DNA of 64,000 nt from Chloroflexota bacterium (GTDB lineage Bacteria > Chloroflexota > UBA11872). The notes under the pieces were generated by a model. It was not told the origin of the DNA. It was given only the letters and a program-made list of their open reading frames with translations, and searched no databases. Each line of letters begins with the position of its first letter. Positions within the stretch are counted from its first letter, which is position 1. The DNA lies in the NCBI GenBank assembly GCA_965243625.1, contig CBDEVI010000002.1, positions 321,396 to 385,395 of the forward strand. Direction: 5' to 3'. Below, in pieces: positions 31,829-42,130 of the stretch. A program made the translations under genes and the position numbers.

Positions 31829-32040
31829 GAGTCCCTCCCGGCACCGTCGGTGCCCCTATACGGCGGCGGACGCACCGCCCCGCGCTTCAGCCCGCTCGGG
31901 ATTCTTGCACAAGGAGAGACGGCGGCTCATGGGCGGGTGCACCGGGTCCGCCAATTCCGCGGTGGCGGGGAGCGGAAGTCCATCCCGGCGCCAATGGGCC
32001 AGAGTACTCTGGTGGACAAAGTGATTGACCTGACCTACCG

Positions 32041-32652
32041 TTGTCCCGTGGTGCCGCCGGGATGCCCCGCATGAACGTCTCTCGAACCGATGCCCAAGCT
32101 GCCTTGCAGGAAGTGGATTCCGCCACGAGTCAAAGCCGGACGCACCTCGGATATCAATTCGCGAGCCTGGCGCTTCTGGTCTGGGGAGCGCTCTGGATCA
32201 TTGCCGGCATGATCGGCGCGATCTGGCCCAACGCCGCCGGCGCCGGCTGGATTGGCATCGACGTGGTCGGTACGGTCGCTATGGGCTACCTGGTCGTGCG
32301 GCATGCCCGGCGCTTCGCCGGCGACGGAGCGTCCGGCGTCTTCAGACCATCCGCCCAGGCCATCCGCTTTGGTGTGACCGCAGCCGTTCTGGTCGGATTT
32401 GCAGCCATGACGGCTCTCATCTTCGGTCCTGCCTCGGCCACCGAGATCATGGCCTTCATTACCGTTGTGATAGCGGCCATCTACATGGTCATCGGCTTGT
32501 GGACCGGCCTCCGCCTATTTGTGCTCGGCGCGGTGCTGGCCGCACTGGTCGTCAGCGCCTTTCTCATCGCTCCGGTCCAGCTCCCGCTGATCGTTTCTCT
32601 TCTCGGGGGCAGCGCGCTGGTATTGGGCGGCCTTTGGATGCGCTGGGCCTAG
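32041..32652 (+). CDS. Hypothetical multi-TM membrane protein.
   Basis: Five to six predicted TM helices. Directly followed by a wHTH regulator. Confidence 0.55.
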   Translation: MSRGAAGMPRMNVSRTDAQAALQEVDSATSQSRTHLGYQFASLALLVWGALWIIAGMIGAIWPNAAGAGWIGIDVVGTVAMGYLVVRHARRFAGDGASGVFRPSAQAIRFGVTAAVLVGFAAMTALIFGPASATEIMAFITVVIAAIYMVIGLWTGLRLFVLGAVLAALVVSAFLIAPVQLPLIVSLLGGSALVLGGLWMRWA

Positions 32653-32958
32653 GTGGACGCGCCGAACGAGGTCATCCACCAGTCCACGCGACTCCGCGTC
32701 ATGGCCGCCCTGCACGCCTTGCCACGGCGTCAGCTGTTGGGATTCGTGCCGCTTCGGCGAATCACCGGCGCCACCGACGGCAATCTGGGCTCGCATCTGA
32801 CCACCCTGGAGAAGGCGGGTTACGTGAAGATCGCCAAGGACTTTGTCGGACGCCGGCCGCGCACCCGCGTCGGGATCACGGCGCGAGGACGGCGCGCCTT
32901 CGAAGACCATGTCCGCTTCTTGCGCGCCATCCTGGACGGTGACGCGGACGACTCCTGA
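32653..32958 (+). CDS. Winged-helix transcriptional regulator (probable GTG start).
   Basis: STRLRVMAAL...LGSHLTTLEKAGYV...RTRVGITARGRRAFEDHVRFL wHTH pattern. Confidence 0.55.
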   Translation: MDAPNEVIHQSTRLRVMAALHALPRRQLLGFVPLRRITGATDGNLGSHLTTLEKAGYVKIAKDFVGRRPRTRVGITARGRRAFEDHVRFLRAILDGDADDS

Positions 32959-32999
32959 CGGCGATCGGCCTATCGCCGGTCAGCCTCGCGGCGCCCTAC

Positions 33000-33506
33000 T
33001 CAGATCCCCGCGTCGATCGGCTCGCCCGGCAGGTCGCCGTTCAGCAGCGGCGGAAGCACAGCCGCAAGCCGACCCGGAACGAACGTCTCGCACGATTGCT
33101 GCAGCTCGGCAAGGGACCACCAGCGATGCTCGCGGAACTCTTCGAGCTCCGGCCCTTCCATGTGGCTCGGCGTGGTTCGGATCTGATCGGTGCGCGCCAG
33201 GAAATAGCGCTCGCGCCAGTCATACCAACGTCCGTGCCACTGGCCCACATGCCGTCGATGCCAGACGCAGGGGCCCACGCTGATGTTGCGAATGCCCGTC
33301 TCCTCGGCGCACTCGCGTCTGGCGGCCTGTTCGGCGGTCTCGCCCGGTTCGATCAATCCGCCGGGCATGTGCCAGAACGACTCCGGGCCGTGGTCGCGGC
33401 CCACGGTGACCGTCGCCAGGATCAGCAGCACGCGGTCACGGGGATCGAGCAGAATCACCCGCGCCGTCGGTCGTACGAATGGGTCGTCACGGTCGCCCAG
33501 AGGCAT
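33000..33506 (-). CDS. NUDIX hydrolase.
   Basis: Nudix box GGLIEPGETAEQAARRECAEETG. Confidence 0.8.
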   Translation of the reverse strand: MPLGDRDDPFVRPTARVILLDPRDRVLLILATVTVGRDHGPESFWHMPGGLIEPGETAEQAARRECAEETGIRNISVGPCVWHRRHVGQWHGRWYDWRERYFLARTDQIRTTPSHMEGPELEEFREHRWWSLAELQQSCETFVPGRLAAVLPPLLNGDLPGEPIDAGI

Positions 33507-33583
33507 GGCGCGGGAAATCGGCCCTTAGTTTGTCAACGCGCGGGCGCGCGGAACGTCGGACATTGCAGGCTGGTCGGCGACGT

Positions 33584-33814
33584 TCACCGCCGCTCGCGCT
33601 CAGCCCGAATCATCGCAGCCGGTGATTCGGAGAGTTGCAGGCGCTCCCGCGCGGCGATGCGCGCCAACACCTCCTCAACCGGCCGAACTGACAGGACCTG
33701 CTCCAGTACGCGGAGTACGAAGTCCGAGAGGCTCATTCCGGCGCGGGCGGCGCGGGCCTTGGCCTCGCGATGCACCGCGTCAGGGACGCTCCGGATTTGA
33801 ATCGTCTTTGGCAT
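33584..33814 (-). CDS. Ribbon-helix-helix antitoxin-like protein (FitA/VapB-like) with no adjacent toxin.
   Basis: MPKTIQIRSVPDAVHREAKARAARAGMSLSDFVLRVL is a typical RHH N-terminus. The gene downstream on the same strand is the NUDIX gene. Confidence 0.5.
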   Translation of the reverse strand: MPKTIQIRSVPDAVHREAKARAARAGMSLSDFVLRVLEQVLSVRPVEEVLARIAARERLQLSESPAAMIRAERERR

Positions 33815-33959
33815 GTTGCCGACGGTACCCCACATTCGCCGCATGCGACGTGCTCGATTCTGGCTGGCCGTTCCGCGGCCCCGCCCTGCCGGCTGCTTGA
33901 CAGGCCTCGATGCCGCCGGAAATACTCCGCGCCAACTGAATACCCAAACACCGTTCGTT

Positions 33960-34125
33960 CAGGTGCCCACCTAGGGAGAATAGGGAAGGCGGTGAGAATC
34001 CGCCGCGGTTGCGCCACTGTAAGCGGGATTTTGGAGCCGGAACCCACTGTCGACCGTCAGATGGGAAGGGCCCGGCAGACCACCTAAGCCCGTAAGCCAG
34101 GAGACCTGCCTGAGCGAGAGGTGAC
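33960..34125 (+). promoter_or_regulatory. Cobalamin (AdoCbl) riboswitch upstream of the B12 transporter/salvage operon.
   Basis: Conserved elements GGGAAGG, GGTGAGAATCC, GCCACTG and B12-box AAGCCAGGAGACCTGCC in the canonical order. Confidence 0.75.
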
Positions 34126-34219
34126 CACTCTCCGCCATAGAGAGGGTCCTCGCGGTCAGGTCGTTGCACCTGGCACACGGAAGCCCAGGTCTCCAGCGGA
34201 GAGCCGCTGGAGGTGAGGC

Positions 34220-35299
34220 GTGCTCGGGGCCGCGCGACTGACGTCGCTGCGCAACTATCGCCAGGCTGGAATCTCAATCCGCCTCGTCGCTGGCGGCGCC
34301 GTGCTCGCGGCGCTCGTGCTTGCGGCGGCCCTGGTTTCGCTCAGTCTGGGGCCGGTCGACATCCCGGTCGACCACGTGGCGTCCATCGTGCTCTCGTTTG
34401 TTGGGATCGAGTTCGCCGACGTCGGCCGCACCGAGCACCTCGTCATCGAGCAAATCCGGCTGCCGCGAATCCTGGTGGGTGCCGTGGTCGGCATGGCGCT
34501 GGCGGTAGCCGGCGCCACCATGCAGGGACTGTTTCGCAACCCGATGGCCGACCCCGGCATCATCGGGGTTTCCGCCGGCGGCGCCCTCGGCGCGGTGGTT
34601 GCGATTGCCACCGGCGCGACGGGCCTCTTCTTCTTGGCCCTGCCGACCTTCGCCTTCGTTGGCGCCCTTGCCGCCACGTTTCTCGTCTACGGCATCGCAG
34701 CCGTCGGCGGCCATTTCTCCATGGCCACCCTGTTGCTGGCCGGCATCGCCGTGAATGCATTCCTCGGCGCGATCGTCTCCACGATCATCATCGTCCTGCC
34801 GGACAACGAAGCGCTGCGGGAAATTCTGTTCTGGCTCGCGGGCGGTCTCGACTCGCGCGTCTGGGAACACGTGCATATCTCGGCGCCGCTGATTCTCGTC
34901 GCCACCGCCGTCATCCTTCTGGCCGCTCGCGACCTCAATCTGCTGATGCTGGGCGACGACGAGGCGCGCGCCATGGGGGTTCGAGTCGGCCTGACGCGCG
35001 CCATGCTGCTCGCCGCCTCGGCGCTGGCAACCGGTGCGGCCGTGGCCGTCAGCGGGACCATCGCCTTCGTGGGCCTGGTGACGCCCCACATCCTGCGGCT
35101 GGTGCTGGGCCCCGATCACCGGGTGCTGATTCCGCTCAGCGCCATTGCCGGAGCGGTCTTCGTGATCGTTGCCGACACCGTCGCTCGGACCATCGTCCAG
35201 CCCGCGGAGTTTCGAGTCGGCGTGCTCACGGCCTTCGTCGGCGCGCCGTTCTTCGTCCTTCTGCTGATTCGCAACAAACGTCAGGCGCAGGCGCTGTGA
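34220..35299 (+). CDS. btuC: FecCD-family ABC permease, BtuC-like (cobalamin/siderophore).
   Basis: 9-10 TM helices. FecCD signature region ...GLVTPHILRLVLGPDHRVLIPLSA.... Sits downstream of the B12 riboswitch. Confidence 0.8.
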   Translation: MLGAARLTSLRNYRQAGISIRLVAGGAVLAALVLAAALVSLSLGPVDIPVDHVASIVLSFVGIEFADVGRTEHLVIEQIRLPRILVGAVVGMALAVAGATMQGLFRNPMADPGIIGVSAGGALGAVVAIATGATGLFFLALPTFAFVGALAATFLVYGIAAVGGHFSMATLLLAGIAVNAFLGAIVSTIIIVLPDNEALREILFWLAGGLDSRVWEHVHISAPLILVATAVILLAARDLNLLMLGDDEARAMGVRVGLTRAMLLAASALATGAAVAVSGTIAFVGLVTPHILRLVLGPDHRVLIPLSAIAGAVFVIVADTVARTIVQPAEFRVGVLTAFVGAPFFVLLLIRNKRQAQAL

Positions 35300-35437
35300 C
35301 GCGCAAGCAACGGAGGGGTCGCCACTTGCCATCCCTCTAGCCACTCACCTTCCCGTGTCCACCTATGCCGTGAATCGGCATCGCCCCGAGGTTGACCCAA
35401 CGAAGGGGTCGGCCCACCGAAAGGACTGCCCGTAGAC

Positions 35438-36643
35438 ATGCCACGACTTCGCACCCTCGCCGTGCTGCCCCTAGTCCTCATAGCTCTCGCCCTGGCTCTG
35501 GCGGCCTGCGGTCCAGACCCGGAAACGTCGTCAGCAACTGAAGCGGCTGTGGCGACTACCCCGGCGCCGACCGCGGAGCCGACTGCCGCGCCAACCCCGA
35601 CGCAGACCGCGGCGCCAACCGCCGCGCCGACCCCTACCCAGACGGCAACGCCGACGCTCGAGGCAACCGCTGAGCCCACCCCGACCGAGGACTCGATGGC
35701 GCTGTCGCCGGAGGTCAGGCAGGCATTCGCGAGCGTTCGCGGCATCGTCGACCCCACCAACTTCAGCTGGCCTCGAGAAGTCGAGGGGCTCAACGGCGTG
35801 TTCAGCATCCCGTTCAAGCCGCTGCGCATCATCACGGCCTCGGTTGGGCACGATGAAATGACCCTGGCCCTCGTCCCGCTGGACCGGCTCGTGGCGGTCG
35901 GCAGCTCCTCCCAGAACGCCACCTACTCCAACGTCGCCCACTTGCTGCAGGACAAGACCCAGATTTCCCGCGACCCCGAGACGATCATTGCCGAAGCGCC
36001 CGACATCGTCGTCACCAGCCCATTCTTCTCAGCCGACGGCGTCGAAGCCCTCTCGAAGGCCGGCGTGCTGGTGATCCAGACCGAGCTGAAGCACGACCCG
36101 GAGGCCCGCATCAACAACATCCTCCTGATGGGATACATCTTTGGCGAAGAAGAGCGAGCCGTGGAGTTCGCCACCGAGGTTCGCGACCGGTATGAGTCCC
36201 TCATCGCCGTAACCGGCGCCGTCGAATCCCGCCCGCGCGTGCTCGCGCTCACCCAGTACTCCGACAGCCTGTGGGTGGCCGGGGCCGATTCCACCGAAGG
36301 CGGCGTCATCGAAGCGGCGGGCGGACTGAATGCGGCGGCCGACGCCGGGGTCGAGGGCAACCAGACCACCAGCCTCGAAGGCGTGATCGCCATGAATCCT
36401 GAGATCATCGTGATCGCCCAGCCCAGGGAGTTTGGAGCCGAGGAATTCAGGCAGAGCCTCTTCGACAATGAGGCGCTGGCCGAGCTTCCGGCAATCAAGA
36501 ACGAGGCAGTCCACATCGTCGAGGGCAAGCATTTCACCACGCTTTCGTATTGGAATATCCGGGGAGCCGAGGATCTGGCGCGGCTCTTGTGGCCCGAGGA
36601 CTTCGCCGATTCCGAGAGCCCACCCTTTAGTCTGGCGGAATAG
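35438..36643 (+). CDS. btuF: ABC substrate-binding lipoprotein, BtuF/FhuD class, with an Ala/Pro/Thr-rich linker.
   Basis: Lipobox LALAACG. (APTPTQTA)n linker. Class III periplasmic-binding-protein fold pattern. Confidence 0.75.
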   Translation: MPRLRTLAVLPLVLIALALALAACGPDPETSSATEAAVATTPAPTAEPTAAPTPTQTAAPTAAPTPTQTATPTLEATAEPTPTEDSMALSPEVRQAFASVRGIVDPTNFSWPREVEGLNGVFSIPFKPLRIITASVGHDEMTLALVPLDRLVAVGSSSQNATYSNVAHLLQDKTQISRDPETIIAEAPDIVVTSPFFSADGVEALSKAGVLVIQTELKHDPEARINNILLMGYIFGEEERAVEFATEVRDRYESLIAVTGAVESRPRVLALTQYSDSLWVAGADSTEGGVIEAAGGLNAAADAGVEGNQTTSLEGVIAMNPEIIVIAQPREFGAEEFRQSLFDNEALAELPAIKNEAVHIVEGKHFTTLSYWNIRGAEDLARLLWPEDFADSESPPFSLAE

Positions 36644-36646
36644 CCC

Positions 36647-37549
36647 ATGACCCGAGTTGCACCATCCACGTCGCTCCGCGCCGACGATCTGAGCTTTCAA
36701 GTCGAAGCCAGGTCGCTCTTGGAGCGGGTGAACGTGAACGCGGATCAGGGTCAGTTGGTCGGCGTCATCGGACCGAATGGCGCGGGGAAGTCCACGCTTC
36801 TCCGCGCCATGGCGGGTGTCCTTCGTCCGTGCGAAGGCCAAGTTTGGCTCGAGGGCGCGGACCTGGCGTCACTCTCGGCCAAGGAGGCAGCGGCCAAGCT
36901 GGCGCTTGTGCCGCAGCTCGCCCCCTACGCCCATGGCTTCACGGTGCGCGAGCTCGTGCTCATGGGGCGCTATCCCCATCTGGGCCGATTTCAGATCGAG
37001 GGTCCGGCCGACGACGACATCGCTCGCGAGGCCATGCGCTTGACCGAAACCGAGGAATTCGAGGCACGGTCGCTGGACACGCTGTCGGGCGGCGAGCGCC
37101 AGCGCGTTTTCGTTTCGCGAGCCTTGGCACAGCAGCCCCGCGTGCTCTTGCTGGATGAGCCGACTGCAAACCTGGACGTGTTGCACAAGCTGCGCGTGCT
37201 GGATTTGGTCCGTCGGTTGGTGGACGACGGGCTGACCGCAGTTGCCGCCATCCACGACCTCAGCATGGCGGCGCGATACTGCGATCGCTTGATCCTGCTC
37301 GCTTCCGGCCGGGTGCTTGCCGAAGGAACCCCGGAGGAGGTGCTGGCGCCGGAGATCATCGAATCCGCGTTCGGCGTTGAGTCGGCCGTCTACCGCGATC
37401 CCGTCACGGGATCGCTGGCAATCAGCGTGATCGGTCCGTCCGGACGTAACGGTGCACCGCCCCCAGCCGCCGGCGCCAACGGCCAGAGCGACCGTGACGA
37501 CGTTCCGGCCGACGCTGTCGCACCGAGCGCGACTGCAGGCCGAACATGA
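36647..37549 (+). CDS. btuD: ABC transporter ATP-binding protein, BtuD/FecE-like.
   Basis: Walker A GPNGAGKST. Signature LSGGERQR. Walker B LLLDEPT. Stop overlaps the cobO start. Confidence 0.8.
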   Translation: MTRVAPSTSLRADDLSFQVEARSLLERVNVNADQGQLVGVIGPNGAGKSTLLRAMAGVLRPCEGQVWLEGADLASLSAKEAAAKLALVPQLAPYAHGFTVRELVLMGRYPHLGRFQIEGPADDDIAREAMRLTETEEFEARSLDTLSGGERQRVFVSRALAQQPRVLLLDEPTANLDVLHKLRVLDLVRRLVDDGLTAVAAIHDLSMAARYCDRLILLASGRVLAEGTPEEVLAPEIIESAFGVESAVYRDPVTGSLAISVIGPSGRNGAPPPAAGANGQSDRDDVPADAVAPSATAGRT

Positions 37550-38121
37550 GCGGCCGCGATCCGCATACGCCGCCCGTCGAGGTTGCCAAGACCCGTCGCA
37601 AACGCCACGGGCTGGTGATCGTCAACACGGGCGAAGGCAAGGGCAAGACCACGGCGGCCCTTGGGGTGATCTTTCGCGCCTGGGGACGGGACTTCAAGAT
37701 CCGGATGTTCCAGTTCATCAAGCACACCGGCGCCACGTTTGGCGAACACCGCGCGGCCATGCGGCTCGAAATCCCCATCGAGGCGCTTGGCGACGGGTTC
37801 ACCTGGCTCTCCAAGGACATGGATCGCACCCAGGCCCTGGCCGTGGAGCAGTGGGGGCGTTGCAAGGAAGCCATCCTGGAGGGTGAGGAAGACATCATCG
37901 TGCTCGATGAGTTCACCTACGCCATGCACTACGGATGGGTGCCGGTGGCCGACGTCGTGGACACCCTCGAGCAGCGACCGGCGCGCATGCACGTCATCAT
38001 CACGGGGCGTTATGCGCCGCAGGAGCTGATCGACTGCGCCGACCTCGTGACCGAAATGCGGATGATCAAGCACCCGTACCGCGAGCAGGGCATCCGCGCC
38101 CAGCAGGGGATTGAGTTCTAG
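37546..38121 (+). CDS. cobO: Cob(I)yrinic acid a,c-diamide / corrinoid adenosyltransferase (CobO/BtuR/CobA).
   Basis: P-loop VNTGEGKGKTTAALG and family-typical length. Confidence 0.85.
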   Translation: MSGRDPHTPPVEVAKTRRKRHGLVIVNTGEGKGKTTAALGVIFRAWGRDFKIRMFQFIKHTGATFGEHRAAMRLEIPIEALGDGFTWLSKDMDRTQALAVEQWGRCKEAILEGEEDIIVLDEFTYAMHYGWVPVADVVDTLEQRPARMHVIITGRYAPQELIDCADLVTEMRMIKHPYREQGIRAQQGIEF

Positions 38122-38123
38122 CA

Positions 38124-39185
38124 GTGACGCTCGGCGGCGTCGTCGGCAACGTCCGTCCCGCTGACCGTCGGGCGCGGCGGGCGGCACGACAGCGCCAGCA
38201 GCGACTCACCAAGCCCCCGGGCAGCCTGGGACGGCTGGAGGACCTGTCGGTCCAGCTGGCGGGCATCTTTGGAACCGACCGGCCAACCGTGCAGGGCGCC
38301 ACCGTCATCGTGGCGGCCGCCGATCACGGGGTGGTGGCGCAGGGCGTCACCGGCTATCCCCAGGCGGTGACGGCCCAGATGGTGCGCAACTTTCTGGCCG
38401 GCGGCGCGGCCATCAACGTCATGGCCCGGAACCGCGGTGTGAATCTCGTCATCGTCGACGCCGGCGTGGCCGCCCCGCTGCCCGAACACCCCGATCTCCA
38501 AGTCGTCGCGCCGGGGCGGGGCACGGCTGACATCACGCAGGGCCCGGCCATGACGCGCGCTCAGGCGGAAGCCTGCATTCAGGCCGGCGCCGACCTCGCC
38601 GTGGCAGCCGCCGAGCAAGGAGCAGCCATCATCGGCACGGGAGACATGGGGATCGGCAACACCACGTCCGCCAGCGCCATCACCGCCGCCGTGACCCGCG
38701 CGACTCCCACAAAAACGACGGGGCGCGGCACGGGACGCACCGACCCCGAGCTGGCGCACAAGATTGCCTGCGTCGAGCGCGGCCTGGACGTGAATCAACC
38801 GGACCCGGCCGATGGATTGGACGTGCTCACCAAGGTCGGCGGCTTCGAGATCGGCGTGCTGGCGGGTGTGGCGCTTGGCGGGGCGCTGTCCCGGCGAGCG
38901 GTGGTGCTGGACGGATTTGTATCCGGCGCCGCGGCCCTCATCGCGCACAGCCTCTGCCCCACCGTCCGCGACTACCTCATCGCCGGCCACGTCTCGTCCG
39001 AGCCCGGCCACCGCATCGCCCTGGAGCACATGAAGCTCCAGCCGCTGCTCGATCTCGGCATGCGGCTCGGCGAGGGCACCGGCGCGCTGCTGGCGGCGGG
39101 AGTGGTCGAGGTCGCCGCCGCCTGCCTGAGCGACATGGCCACCTTCGACGAGGCCGGCGTGTCCGACCGCGAGCCGGCGCACTGA
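38124..39185 (+). CDS. cobT: Nicotinate-nucleotide--dimethylbenzimidazole phosphoribosyltransferase.
   Basis: ...KPPGSLGRLEDL...AADHGV... signature of CobT. Confidence 0.85.
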   Translation: MTLGGVVGNVRPADRRARRAARQRQQRLTKPPGSLGRLEDLSVQLAGIFGTDRPTVQGATVIVAAADHGVVAQGVTGYPQAVTAQMVRNFLAGGAAINVMARNRGVNLVIVDAGVAAPLPEHPDLQVVAPGRGTADITQGPAMTRAQAEACIQAGADLAVAAAEQGAAIIGTGDMGIGNTTSASAITAAVTRATPTKTTGRGTGRTDPELAHKIACVERGLDVNQPDPADGLDVLTKVGGFEIGVLAGVALGGALSRRAVVLDGFVSGAAALIAHSLCPTVRDYLIAGHVSSEPGHRIALEHMKLQPLLDLGMRLGEGTGALLAAGVVEVAAACLSDMATFDEAGVSDREPAH

Positions 39186-39189
39186 ACCA

Positions 39190-39942
39190 ATGCGGAACCT
39201 GCGGCTCGCCATTGGATTCTTGACGGTGCTGCCGTTCGCGCCGAGTCATGCGGGACCCATGGGGCCGGCCCGCGCCTGGTTCCCGCTCGTCGGCCTCGGA
39301 CTTGGCGGGATCCTGGCCGGGCTGGACCTGGCGGCCCGGCAAGTGCTGCCGCTGCCGGCGGTGGGCGCGCTGCTGGTCGCGGCCTTGCTGGCCCTGACGC
39401 GGGCCATCCACACCGAGGGATTCTTGGATACGTGCGACGGCGTGCTCGGCGGACGCGACCGCGAGGCGCGGTTGGAGATCCTGCGCGACTCCCGCGTCGG
39501 CGCATTCGCCGTGGTTGGCGGGGCGAGCCTGCTGCTGCTCAAGTGGACTCTCGTGATGGGAATCCCCGAAGCGGAACGCATCAGCCTCCTGGTGCTCTTT
39601 CCCTGCCTGTCGCGCTGGGGCATGGTGGCCACCATGGGCGTGTTTCCCTATGCCCGAGCCCAGGGCCTCGGCACGGCATTCCAGTCCGGCGCCAACTGGC
39701 GTCAGCTCGTGATTGCCCTCGCGACCGCCGCACTGGCCGGTTGGTTGCTGCTCGGCATTGCTGGAATCCTTCTTCTGGGGATCGCTACGGTATTCGCGCT
39801 GGGTCTCGGCTGGTGGTTCACGCGCCTGCTCGGCGGCATGACCGGGGACACCTACGGCGCCACCAACGAGGTGGGGGAAGTGGTGGTTCTGCTGCTGGGA
39901 CTCAGCGTGGCGCCGGCGCTGGTCGACGCCCCATTCTGGTAG
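39190..39942 (+). CDS. cobS: Adenosylcobinamide-GDP ribazoletransferase (cobalamin synthase).
   Basis: N-terminal LRLAIGFLTVLP and 6-TM topology. Confidence 0.85.
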   Translation: MRNLRLAIGFLTVLPFAPSHAGPMGPARAWFPLVGLGLGGILAGLDLAARQVLPLPAVGALLVAALLALTRAIHTEGFLDTCDGVLGGRDREARLEILRDSRVGAFAVVGGASLLLLKWTLVMGIPEAERISLLVLFPCLSRWGMVATMGVFPYARAQGLGTAFQSGANWRQLVIALATAALAGWLLLGIAGILLLGIATVFALGLGWWFTRLLGGMTGDTYGATNEVGEVVVLLLGLSVAPALVDAPFW

Positions 39943-39989
39943 ATGCCGCGGGCAGCAATCGGCGCCCGCGGGCGTCCATAGGAGGAGCA

Positions 39990-40625
39990 ATGGGTCACTG
40001 GTATCTCGTGCGTCACGGTGAAACCGACTGGAACCTCACCGAGCGGATTCAAGGCCAGGTGGACACGCCCCTCAACGCCACCGGCAGGCGCCAGGTGAGC
40101 CACTTGGCGCGGCGGCTGGCAGATGTTCGCATCGACGCGATTTACAGCAGCGATCTTGCGCGGACCCACGAGACTGCCCGAATCATCGCGGCGGACCGTG
40201 ACATCGCGATTGCCACCGATCCCGACCTGCGCGAGTTTTCGTTCGGCGAGTGGGAGGGCCTAACGTCGGACGAGATCGAGGCGCTGCAACCGGGCGCAAT
40301 GGCCGAGCGGATCAGCGCCGGTAATGAGGCATTCTCCGCGCCGGGCGGCGAGAACACCTGGCAGGTGCTGGAGCGCGTGAGGGGCTTCTGCGAACGCACC
40401 GCCCAGCGCCACGACCCGTCGGACGACATTCTCGTCGTGGCCCACGGGGGATCGATTCGCGCCCTCGCCGTGGCCTTGCTGGACCTGGCGGCCACCGACT
40501 TCTGGCGCTTTCGGATTCATTGCGCCAGCCTGGCCATCATCCGGAATCACTCCGACGGACGCACGCTCGTTCGGTGGAACGACATCAGCCACTTGCCTGC
40601 CGAGGACCGTGACACGCCGGTATGA
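39990..40625 (+). CDS. cobC: Histidine-phosphatase family, alpha-ribazole phosphatase (CobC-like).
   Basis: RHGETDWN catalytic motif. Sits in the cob operon. Confidence 0.75.
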   Translation: MGHWYLVRHGETDWNLTERIQGQVDTPLNATGRRQVSHLARRLADVRIDAIYSSDLARTHETARIIAADRDIAIATDPDLREFSFGEWEGLTSDEIEALQPGAMAERISAGNEAFSAPGGENTWQVLERVRGFCERTAQRHDPSDDILVVAHGGSIRALAVALLDLAATDFWRFRIHCASLAIIRNHSDGRTLVRWNDISHLPAEDRDTPV

Positions 40626-41176
40626 GCAAACGGCTGACCCTGGTGCTGGGCGGCGTGCGCGCCGGCAAGAGCCGCCACGCCCAAACGCTGGCGCGGGCCG
40701 GACAGCGCGTGCTGGTAGTGGCGACGGCGGAGGCCGGCGACGCGGAGATGGCCTCCCGCATCCAGGCCCATCGCGCGGAGCGGCCGGCCGACTGGGACAC
40801 GCTGGAGGAGCCGCTCGACCTGGCAACGGCCCTGGCCCTGCGCCCGCCGGACTACGACACCGTGCTTGTCGATTGCCTGACTCTCTGGGTCAGCAATCTG
40901 TTGCTAAAGGACCACGACGCCGGACAGACCCGCCCGGACACCTCGGCTGAAGCAAGGCGCCTGCTCCGGCTCTACGAAAAGGGCGACGCCTCGTGGATCG
41001 TCGTGAGCAACGAGGTCGGCCTCGGCGTCATCCCAGCAAATGAGATGGCGCGCGCCTACGCCGACGAATTGGGACGGGTCAACCAGGTCTTCGCCGCCGC
41101 GGCGGACGACGTGATTCTGATGGTTGCCGGGGTGCCGGTGAACCTCAAGGCCCTGAGCGGGGACGGCACCGGGTAG
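40622..41176 (+). CDS. cobU: Bifunctional adenosylcobinamide kinase / adenosylcobinamide-phosphate guanylyltransferase.
   Basis: P-loop LVLGGVRAGKS. Confidence 0.85.
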   Translation: MSKRLTLVLGGVRAGKSRHAQTLARAGQRVLVVATAEAGDAEMASRIQAHRAERPADWDTLEEPLDLATALALRPPDYDTVLVDCLTLWVSNLLLKDHDAGQTRPDTSAEARRLLRLYEKGDASWIVVSNEVGLGVIPANEMARAYADELGRVNQVFAAAADDVILMVAGVPVNLKALSGDGTG

Positions 41177-41191
41177 TCGTACCCCGCCAAG

Positions 41192-42130
41192 CTACGAGCT
41201 TCGGTGCGTGGCGTTGTCGTCGCCGGTCGTCACGCCGCCGCCGACCACGCGGCAGTCATGCACCGCGACCAGGCCCGAGAGGCGCGTCCATGCCTGGTGT
41301 GCAGCCCAACTGATTCGTTCGGCGTCGTCCGCAAAGAGCAACCCCAGCACGGTGCCGCTGTGCGCCACGTTGACGCCAAGCGCTCCGGCGGCTTGCGCCA
41401 GGTCGAGCACCGACGCGAGCTGCGGCTTGGGGAGCACCGCCTGGTTCGCCAGGCTGCTCAGGGTTGCGCCCTCGCCGATGAGCCGCGCGTCTCCGTCGGC
41501 CAATCCGGCTGTGATGAGGTCCAGGGCCTCGCGAAACCGCGCGGCGTGGGATCGAAGCTCGGCGCGTCGGTCCACCGCGTTGAATGCCTGGGTATCGATC
41601 TCGTCGGCGAACTCCAGGGCGAGGATGCGCATCGCGGGCGGCTGGCCCAGCATCCGCGCAATGCGGCCGCCAAGATGATCGAAGAGCGCAATGCCGGGCA
41701 GCATCACGCCGTCGCTTGGCTCCACAGCCAGCGCCAGGTCGGCCTGTTCCCGCGGCGAAGTCGCCGTGCCCAAAGCCGCCGCCGTCGCGCCAATGGCCGC
41801 CGCCACGTCGGCCGTGCTGCTCGCCATGCCCTTGGCCCGCGGCAGCGAGGTCTCCAAGCTCAGGCGAGCGTCCAGGTCGCGACGCCCCAGGAATTCCAGC
41901 GTCAACGCCACGGCCCGGCGGGCCTTGGGGGCGCTTGCCGGTCCGTCGACTAACCCCGTGCCCTCCGACAGCTCAACCGTCGCCGTCGAGCCCATATCGA
42001 TCGGGCAGGTCACCATCACGGTCGTGCCGTCTAACTCGCCCTGGGCCAGCTCGCCGCAGGTGCCCGGCGCCCAGGCTGTGCCGCGCGCGACAACGCCTTC
42101 GGCCAGAAGGGTGTCAACGGACGAGGTCAC
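41192..42130 (-). CDS. pduX: GHMP-family L-threonine kinase (PduX-like) for the aminopropanol-phosphate arm of B12 synthesis.
   Basis: GHMP motif PRAKGMASSTADVAAAIGA. Adjacent to cobQ, cobD and cbiB. Confidence 0.7.
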   Translation of the reverse strand: MTSSVDTLLAEGVVARGTAWAPGTCGELAQGELDGTTVMVTCPIDMGSTATVELSEGTGLVDGPASAPKARRAVALTLEFLGRRDLDARLSLETSLPRAKGMASSTADVAAAIGATAAALGTATSPREQADLALAVEPSDGVMLPGIALFDHLGGRIARMLGQPPAMRILALEFADEIDTQAFNAVDRRAELRSHAARFREALDLITAGLADGDARLIGEGATLSSLANQAVLPKPQLASVLDLAQAAGALGVNVAHSGTVLGLLFADDAERISWAAHQAWTRLSGLVAVHDCRVVGGGVTTGDDNATHRSS

